A stretch of DNA of 64,000 bases from positions 16,244,001 to 16,308,000 of the forward strand of contig OZ024765.1 in NCBI GenBank assembly GCA_964016885.1. The letters are read 5' to 3'. The notes below the pieces were generated by a model, which saw only the letters and a program-made list of their open reading frames with translations, was not told where the DNA came from and ran no database searches. A program made the position numbers and the translations under genes. The DNA comes from Eledone cirrhosa (Eukaryota). This document shows, one piece after another, positions 54,921 through 64,000 of this stretch; the stretch's first letter is position 1, and each line of letters begins with the position of its first letter.

Positions 54921-55095
54921 TCAATAGATAGGGTGAGGAGGTGAGAGAGAGGAACAGAGTTAGGTAGAGAGAGATAGAGAGAGAGACCGACACAATAGAT
55001 AAGGCGAGGAGGTGAGAGAGAGGAACCGAGTTAGGTAGAGAGATAGAGAGAGAGACCGACACAATAGATAGGGTGAGGAGGTGAGAGAGAGATCT
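54060..55095. repeat. ~60-bp GA-rich minisatellite
   Basis: GAGTTAGGT(AG)nACCGACACAATAGATAGGGTGAGGAGGTGAGAGAGAGGAACA. Confidence 0.95.
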
Positions 55096-55280
55096 ATAAA
55101 TAGAGAGAGAGGGTGTGAAGATAGAGAGGACATAATAGAGAGGGGGAGGTAAGAGAGAGGAGCAGATGTATAGAAAAGATTCTAAAAATCTATTTTGAAA
55201 TTCTTCTCTAAAATTCTATAGAAATTCCTTTGTAATGTGGTGGAGAGGCACACGAATGGATAAACAGATATATGAATATA

Positions 55281-55372
<92 letters not shown>

Positions 55373-55463
55373 CATATACATATATATATATATACATATA
55401 GTGATTTGAACATATATGTGCATATATCTGTGCTGTCTCTCTTTATTATATATACACACACAC

Positions 55464-55526
<63 letters not shown>

Positions 55527-55709
55527 AATATATAAATGCATATATATATATATATGCAAATATATAAATATGTATATAAACATGTGGCTGTATGTTTGCA
55601 TGTGTTTATGTATGTATATATATGTATATATATATATATATATATATTTGTATATTTATAGTTATATGCATATATATAATTAAATGTCTTTCTCAAACAC
55701 ACACTCTCT

Positions 55710-55746
<37 letters not shown>

Positions 55747-57826
55747 CATATATGCATGTGTATATATATATATATATATATATAAAGAGAGAGAGAGAGA
55801 GGAAGTCGTTATTATTATATAAGGACTTTCATATTGTGAATATATAAAGAATGGTGAGCAATGTCGGAGAGATGTATAGAGTTGAGTGGATAGTAGGAGG
55901 TAGATGTTGGTGTGTGGAGGGTTAGTGGTGTAATGTGGGGAGAGATAGATAGAGAGAGAGAGGGAAAGATAGATAGACATAGTGAGAGAAAGAGAGATAT
56001 AGGGGGATAGAGAGAGGGAGAGGGAAATATAGATAGACATAAAGAGGGAGAGATAGATAGATAAAGTGGAAAGAGTGAGAGGGAGGGAAAATAGATAGAC
56101 ATAAAGAGAGAGTGAGAGAAAGATAGATAGATAGAGTGGAGAGAGAGAGAGAGAGAGGTAAAGATAGATAGACATAGAGAGAGTGAGATAGAGGGAGAGA
56201 TAGATAGAGTGGAGAGAGAGAGAGGGAGGGAAAGATAGATAGACATAAAGAGAGAGTGAGAGATAGAGTGGTATAGAGATGTTGGTTTGAGGGGTGGTAG
56301 TGGTGTAAAGTGGGAGAGAGGTGGAGGGGTGGAGAGGTTTAGAGGGGGAGAGAGAGGGAAATATAGATAGATATAGAGAGAGGGACGGAGGGAGAGAAAG
56401 ATAGAGAGATGTAGAGGTATAGAGATGTCGGTGTGAGGGGAGGGGGAGTTGTGGTGTAAAGCGGGAGAGAGGGGGGATAATATATATAGAGAGAGGGAAA
56501 GATAGATAGATATAGAGAGAGAGAGGGAGAGAAAGATAGATAGAGGGAGAGATAGAGAGATGTAGATGTATAGAGATGTTGGTGTGAGGGGAGGGGGGAT
56601 ATATATATATATAGAGAGAGAGAGGGAAAGATAGATAGATATATAGAGAGAGAGGGGGAGAGAAAGATAGATAGAGGGAGAGATAGAGAGATGTAGAGGT
56701 ATAGAGATGTTGGTGTGAGGGGAGGGGGGTAGTGGTGTAAAGTGGGAGAGAGGTGGGGGGGAGGTAGGATAGAGAAAGAGTCGAGATGGAAGAGTGGTGG
56801 ATAGAGTGAGGGGGAAAGTGAGAGATAGATGGATAGATAGGTAGATAGAGGAGAGAAAGTGAGAGATGGAGAGAAAGAGAGAGGGACAGGGGTGGAGAGC
56901 TGAATAGAGTGAGAGAGTGAGAGAGAGGGAGTGGAGATGTGAAGAGAGAGAGAGAACATGGAATAGTGGTGGATAGAGAGAGAGAGTGAGAGAGATGGAG
57001 AGGTAGCTAGAGACAGAGTCGAGAAAGAGAGAGAGAGAGAGTGGAAGAGAGGTGGATAGAGTGAGAGAGAGAGAAACAGACGGCGGAAGAGAGGTGAATA
57101 GAGTGAGGGAGAAAGCGAGAGACGTAGAGAGAGATAGAGAGAAAGAGAGAGGTAGAGAGAAAGAGAGAGCGAGAGATCGGAGAGAGGTAGAGAGTAAGAG
57201 AGACCTGGAGAGAGTAAGAGAGACGTAGTGAGAAAGAGAGAGCGAGGGACGTAGAGAAAGGTAGAGAGAAAGAGAGAGCGAGAGAGGTAGATAGAAAGAG
57301 AGAGCGAGAGACGTAGAGAGAGGTAGAGAGAAAGAGAGCGAGAGAGAAAGAGAGAGCGAGAGAGGTAGAGAGAAAGATAGAGAGTGATCGTGTAAGAGAC
57401 ATATAAGAAAGTGTGAGCTAGGAAATAGGGAAGTGAGAGGGGGTGAGAGAATGAAGGGGAGGATATAGACTTAGGGAGAGAGGGGCGGTGCTAAAGGGAG
57501 AAAGAAGCGGTGTAGTAAGTAGGGAGAGGAATGGATGGAAGGGGAGGTAGTGAGACAGAGAGGGGAGGAGGAAAGGAATTGGTGGAAGTGTGAGGTGAAT
57601 GTGAAAGAAAGAATAGATGTAATACACAAGGTTAAAGGCGAGGGAGAGAGAGAGACAGACATAAAGAGTGAGAGAGGGAGGGAAAGAGAGTCTGTGATAG
57701 ATGACTAGAGAGTGAGAAAGAGAGGGGTTTCCACATTCTGAGAGAAGGGGAGGGAGGACATTTTAGATCTATAGAAGTATATATATATCTAGGTAGGTAG
57801 TTAAATATATAAATATGTACGTAATC

Positions 57827-57868
<42 letters not shown>

Positions 57869-58083
57869 ATGTGTTTCTGTGTGCGTGTGTTTGTGTCTAG
57901 CTATATATACGTAAATATGTGTATGTATACAGAGGGAAAAGAATCGATAGAGAGATAGACACACACATATATATATAAATATATATATATATTAGACATT
58001 TATGTATGCATATATGTGTGTGTGTAAAATACACATATCTGCAAATATATACATACACATATATATATATATATATATATATA

Positions 58084-58705
58084 ACAAACGAATTGTGGTA
58101 AGGAACCAGGTGGACCATAACGCACCAGAGTACTCAATACTTAGGGTAGTAGTGTGGGAAATAGGAAAAAGTATGACCCCGACGGCAGAGCTCAAGCCGT
58201 CTCGACGGCTGTTTCTGGACTAAATTCGAATTTTTAGCCTGGTGAATAAATAGCCGAACTTGTCAAGCGGGTACTTCCTTATATGGGAAGATTGTAGTTG
58301 TCAAGAGGATTGGTTACTACAAATAAGTCTATCATGGCATTTGGTGGGGGGTAGGAGTGGCTGAACTTGCCTGTAGAACAATGGGGGAGTGAGTGGAGCC
58401 GGTCAAGCGTTGAAAGTGATATGTATACAGCAGATTCTAAGGATAGTGTATGAAATGGAGGAGGGAGGTTATAGAATAGGTAAATCGAATGAGAGTAGGA
58501 GACAATAAAAGATAATAGAAAGAAATACAAATATATATAAAATTAGAAATTTTAACCAATCCTCTTGTCAACTACAATCTTCCCATATAAGGAAGTACCC
58601 GCTTGACAAGTTCGGCTATTTATTCACCAGGCTAAAAATTCTAATTTAGTCCAGAAATAGCCGTCGAAACGGCTTGAGCTCTGCCGTCGGGGTCATACTT
58701 GTTCC

Positions 58706-58706
<1 letters not shown>
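58084..58706. mobile_element. Penelope-like pLTR pair (family H), inverted ~155-bp arms
   Basis: 58161-58316 is inverted relative to 58553-58708; each arm has a U3:A8 hammerhead-like motif. Confidence 0.75.
58597..58694 (+). ncRNA. Hammerhead-like motif, U3:A8 core, extended stem II
   Basis: ACCCGC-TTGACAA-GTTCGGCTATTT..AAATAGCCGTC-GAAA-CGGC-(9 nt)-GCCG-TC-GGGGT; GUC triplet; stem I imperfect. Confidence 0.6.
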
Positions 58707-58740
<34 letters not shown>

Positions 58741-58792
58741 ATTTATACACACACAAATACATACATATATATAAATATATATATATATATTC

Positions 58793-58846
<54 letters not shown>

Positions 58847-58848
58847 TC

Positions 58849-58909
<61 letters not shown>

Positions 58910-58910
<1 letters not shown>

Positions 58911-59109
58911 CGAAGGAAATGTGGGAAGGAACCAGATGGACCATAACGCACGAAAGTACTCAATACTTAGGGTAGTAGAGTGGGTAATAGGAACGAGTAG
59001 GACTCCGACGTTTGAGCTCAAGCCGTTTCAACGGCTAATTCTGGACTCGGTCCAGAATTAGCCGTTGAAACGGCTTGAGCTCAGCCGTCGGGGTCCTACT
59101 CGTTCCTAT
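58910..59109 (-). mobile_element. Family H pLTR fragment ending in a ~60-bp-arm palindrome
   Basis: 58987-59047 / 59051-59109, centred within hammerhead stem II. Confidence 0.75.
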
Positions 59110-59255
59110 ATATATAGTATAAGAATAAATGAACACAGAATCAGTGTTGCATAACATATTTAATAACACATTACATATGTTTCACTGTCGATCAGCTCGA
59201 GGAACGATCGATTATAGATCGAACCTGACTCTATAATCGAACAATATAGGGGTAA

Positions 59256-59452
59256 AGGCCTCCATCGGTCACGAATTACCATGAGATTTGCAACTAGAAA
59301 GTTCCCCTCCGTGGCTCAAGTCCAGGCAATGTTGTTTGTAAAAGCCCATCAGTCACCCATACATACCAGTCTCCCCTCTCCAGGCCACCAATGTTGTCTA
59401 AACGAGAGGCAATAGCTGATACAGCTTTGTACAAGTGACATCGTAGCTCATA
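59256..59452 (-). mobile_element. SINE 3' portion
   Basis: GGCAATAGCTGATACAGCTT shared with 60850-60870; first ~35 bp recur at 53295-53330. Confidence 0.6.
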
Positions 59453-59454
59453 TA

Positions 59455-60830
59455 TATACACTATATATACATTATATACACACTATCATAGTATATATAC
59501 ACTATATATACATTATATACACACTATCATAGTATATATACACTATATATATATATTATATACACACTATTACAGTATATACACACTATATATATACATT
59601 ATATACACATTATCACAGTATATACACACTATATATACATTATATATACATTATATACACATCACAGTATATATACAGTATATATAAACATTATGTACAC
59701 ACTATTACTAAATATATACACTATACAAACATTATATACACATTATCACAGTATATATACACTATATATACATTATATATACATTATATACACACTATTG
59801 CAGTATATATACACTATATAAACATTATATACATATTATCACAGTATATATACACTATATATAAACATTATCTACACACTATTACTGAATATATACACTA
59901 TAAATACATTATATATACATTATATACACACTATTACAGTATATATACACTATATAAACATTATATACACATTATCACAGTAAATATACAGTATATATAA
60001 ACATTATATTCACACTATTACCGAATATATACACTATATATAAGCATTATATACACATTATCACAGTATATATATATACTATATATCATTATATACACAC
60101 TATTAAGGTATATATAAACACTGTTATAGTATATATACACTATATACACACTATTACAGGATATATACACACGATGTACAGTATATATACACTATAAAAA
60201 GGCTCGATCGACTTTCGTCAAATCGGACCGAGGAAATAATGTTTTCGTCGGTCTTTCCAATTGCTAATACTATCTATCGGTTGCAACTCCAGGTATATAT
60301 TCATTATATACACACTATGTACAGTATATATACACTATATATACATTATATACACACTATGTACAGTATATATACACTATATATACATTATATACACACT
60401 ATGTACAGTATATATACACTATATATATATATTATATACACACTATCCCAAAAGTCAGCTCAAAAGTGACACAGAGGAGACTGAGGTTAGCTGGACATGC
60501 TCACCGACATCCAGAGTTGACATTGCACCCAGTGCTCCTTTGGGAGCCCCTACATGGACACACTAGAAGAGGAAGACCAAGGTTAACGTATGTTGATGCC
60601 CTAAGGACAGACACTGGTCTGTTGGAGACGCAGGACATGGCAGCGATAATGAGGGACAGAGACCGCTGGAGAGAACTCGTCCATGGATCTCGGGAATTTT
60701 ACCCGCCTTAGAATACACACTATGTACAGTATATATACACTCTATATACATTATATACACACTATGTACAGTATATATACACTATATATACATTATATAC
60801 ACACTATGTACAGTTTATATACACTATACA
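59455..60830. repeat. AT-rich ~42-bp minisatellite with insertions
   Basis: TATATATACACTATATATACATTATATACACACTATGTACAG. Confidence 0.9.
60445..60711 (+). pseudogene. RTE/RTE-X-type LINE ORF C-terminal fragment
   Basis: QRRLRLAGHAHRHPEL..VLLWEPLHGHTRRGRPRLTYVDALRTDTG..MRDRDRWR. Confidence 0.85.
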
Positions 60831-60834
60831 TAAT

Positions 60835-61030
60835 GCTGTCCATGGGAAAGGCAATGGCTGATACAGCTTAGCACCAGAGACGTCACAACACATTTCTGCA
60901 GCTGAGGAAACTGGAGCAACGTGAAATAAAGTGTCTTGCTCAAGGATACAAGGCAAAGCCTGGTCCGAGAATCGAACTCACAACCTCACGATTGTAAGCC
61001 CGATGCTCTAACCACTAAACCACGTGCCTT
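60835..61030 (-). mobile_element. tRNA-derived SINE (5' part)
   Basis: Reverse: GGCACGTGGTTTAGTGGTTAGAG..GTTCGATTCTC..CCTTGAGCAAGACACTTTATTTCACGTTGCTCC. Confidence 0.85.
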
Positions 61031-61054
61031 CATATATAGTTATATGAGTGTAAA

Positions 61055-62162
61055 TGTTAGTGAGCATGCGTGGGATCATGTTAGTGTGTGTGTGTTAGTG
61101 TCCAGGCGTGAGATTGAGCTAGTGTGTGTGTGTGTGTGACTTTACGAGCATGTGTGAGATTGAGCTAGTGTGTGTGTGTCTTAACGAGCATGCGTGATAT
61201 TGAGCTGGTGTGTGTGTGTTAGGGAGCATGCGTGAGATTGGGCTAGTGTGTGTTTTAGTGAGCATGCGTGGGATCGAGCTAGTGTATGTAGGCGAGCATG
61301 CGTGAGATTGAGCTAGTGCGTGTTAGTGAGCATGCGTGGGATTGAGTTAGTGTGTGTTAACGAGCATGCGTGAGATCGTGCTAGTGTGTGTGTTAGTGAG
61401 CATGCGTGAGATTGGGCTGTTGTGTGTGTGTGTTAGTGAGCATGCGTGGGATTGAGTTAGTGTGTGTTAACGAGCATGCGTGGGATAGAGCTAGTGTGTG
61501 TGTATTAGTGAGCATGCGTGATATTGAGTTAGTGTTTGTGTTAGTGAGCATGCGTGGGATCATGTTAGTGTGTGTGTGTTAGTGTCCAGGCGTGAGATTG
61601 AGCTAGTGTGTGTGTGTGACTTTACGAGCATGTGTGAGATTGAGCTAGTGTGTGTGTGTGTTAGTGCGCATGCGTGATATTGAGCTGGTGTGTGTGTGTT
61701 AGCCAGCATGCGTGAGATTGGGCTAGTGTGTGTTTTAGTGAGCATGCGTGGGATCGAGCTAGTGTATGTAGGCGAGCATGCGTGAGATTGAGCTAGTGCG
61801 TGTTAGTGAGCATGCGTGGGATTGAGTTAGTGTGTGTTAACGAGCATGCGTGAGATCGTGCTAGTGTGTGTGTTAGTGAGCATGCGTGAGATTGAGCTGT
61901 TGTGTGTGTGTGTTAGTGAGCATGCGTGGGATTGAGTTAGTGTGTGTTAACGAGCATGCGTGGGATAGAGCTAGTGTGTGTGTATTAGTGAGCATGCGTG
62001 ATATTGATTTAGTGTTTGTGTTAGTGAGCATGCGTGGGATTGAGTTAGTGTTTGTGTTAGTGAGCATGCGCGGGATTGAGCTAGTGTGTGTGTTAGCGAG
62101 CCTGCGTGGGATAGAGTTGGTGTGTGTGTGTGTGTGTTAGTGCGCATGCGTGAGATTGAGCA
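61055..62162. repeat. ~36-40-bp minisatellite with ~480-bp higher-order duplication
   Basis: GAGCATGCGTG(G/A)GATTGAGCTAG(TG)nTTA; variants GGATCATG, GTCCAGGCG and GTATGTAGGCG recur ~480 bp apart. Confidence 0.95.
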
Positions 62163-63004
62163 AGCGAGTGAGAGCGAGCCCAACGAAATGAGAGCATGAT
62201 CGTGTGTGGGCATGAGAGATAGAAAGATACAGTGAAAGAGAGAGATAGAGAGGTAAGGAGAGGAATAGAGAAGAGGAAGCTATAAATGAGAGGGGGAGAT
62301 AGAGAGGTAGTGTGATACAGAGAGGAAGAGAGACGTGGGAGCTTTAGAAGAGAGAGTGTGAGAGACACATAGAGACTGTGGTATGTCTGTGTGTGAGAGA
62401 GAAAGAGGGTGGTAGAGAGAGCGAGAAGAGAGAGAGAGAAAAGAGAGTGCTAGAGAGCAGTAGAGAGAGAGAGAGAGATAGAGAGGGAGTGACAAGTCGA
62501 ACAGTCGATGAAGTCAGCAAGGCAAGTGAGCAGGAGAGCGTGCAAGCCAATGAAATCAGAAACGCTGAAATAAAACAACACAACCACCAAAAATATACCA
62601 AAAATACACCAAAAATGTACCAAAAGTGTACCAAAAACACACCAAAAATATACCAAAAATATAGTAAAAATATATGAAAAACAAACCAAAAATATAGCAA
62701 AATTATATCAAATATATATCAAAAATATATCAGAAAATAGCAGAAAATGGCGGAAAAATCCAAACAAAATATTAAAATAGAAGCAAGACAGAATAAGCCA
62801 ATAGATTCCGTCAGTCAGTTTTGTAATTAATTTAACAAGATTACGGGAAAATAAAATGTCAATTTTATAAATGCTAAACATATATTGTAGAAACATTTGT
62901 TTATTTTGGGTTAGCAAGATGGCGGAACAAAACAAATATCAAAAATATTCTGTTCGCTTCTAATGGAATTTTCGGAAAACTTGATTTTCTACTTAAAGCT
63001 ACAA

Positions 63005-64000
63005 CACTCAACCACCCAACCATCCATCTATCTAACCATCCAACCGAGCAGTCAACCATCCAACCACCCAACCATCTAACCATCCATCTATCTAACCATC
63101 CAACCAAGCAGCCAACCATCCAAACATCTAACCATCCATCTATCTAACCATCCAACCAAGCAGCTAACCACCCAAGCATCCATCCATCTAACCATCCATC
63201 TATCTAACTATCCAACCAAGCAGCCAACCATCCATCCATCTAACCATCCATCTATCTAACCATCCAACCAAGCAGCCAACCATCCATCCATCTAACCATC
63301 CATCTATCTAACCATCCAACCAAGCAGCTAACCACCCAAGCATCCATCCATCTAACCATCCATCTATCTAACCATCCAACCAAGCAGCCAACCACCCAAC
63401 CATCCATCCATCTAACCATCCATCTATCTAACCATCCAACCAAGCAGCCAACCATCCATCCATCTAACCATCCATCTATCTAACCATCCAACCAAGCAGC
63501 CAACCACCCAACCATCCATCTAACCATCCATCTATCTAACCATCCAACCAAGCAGCCAACCACCCAACCATCCATCTAACCATCCATCTATCTAACCATC
63601 CAACCAAGCAGCCAACCACCCAACCATCCATCCATCTAACCATCCATCTATCTAACCAGCCAACCATCCAACCACCCAACCATCCATCCATCTAACCATC
63701 AATCTATCTAACCATCCAACCATCCAACCACCCAACCATCCAAGCAGCCAAACGACCACCCAACCATCCGTGTAACCATCCAACCATCTATCCAAGCAAA
63801 CATCCAGCCATCCATCTAACCATCCTACCAACCTACAAGCCTACGACCACCGTCCACCGTCCGCCAAGCACCAACCGTCCAACCATCCATATAACTACAC
63901 AACCAACCAACCAACCATCCATCGAACCATCCAACCAGCAAATCAACCAGCCATCCATCTAACCATCCATTCAACCATCCATCCATCCAACCACCCAACC
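63005..64000. repeat. CCAT/CCAA/CTAA/CTAT tetranucleotide-derived minisatellite
   Basis: CTAACCATCCATCTATCTAACCATCCAACCAAGCAGCCAACC units. Confidence 0.95.

Noticed and set aside
54060-55095. Telomeric TTAGG-like repeats
   Set aside because: One TTAGG per minisatellite unit, not a tandem telomere array

Overview
This is a eukaryotic, AT-rich window saturated with repeats. The SINE families and microsatellite load point to an octopod cephalopod (inference). No host protein-coding gene is recognisable, and almost all listed ORFs are microsatellite artefacts. The window holds micro- and minisatellites, a 102-bp and a 203-bp tandem array, many tRNA-derived SINEs, and decayed LINE fragments (RTE C-termini, a CRE-type restriction-like endonuclease, probable Tx1/L1 3' ends). 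It also has a ~600-bp bipartite RTE-derived element with a C2H2 finger remnant. The main hidden signal is about 20 complete or truncated type I hammerhead ribozyme motifs from about 9 unrelated short-element families. They include compensatory U3:A8 core variants, mostly lie next to (TA)n tracts, and often sit inside fold-back inverted duplications that break at or near the ribozyme. This is the signature expected of Penelope-like pseudo-LTRs. All motif calls were made by eye and need Infernal/RepeatMasker confirmation.
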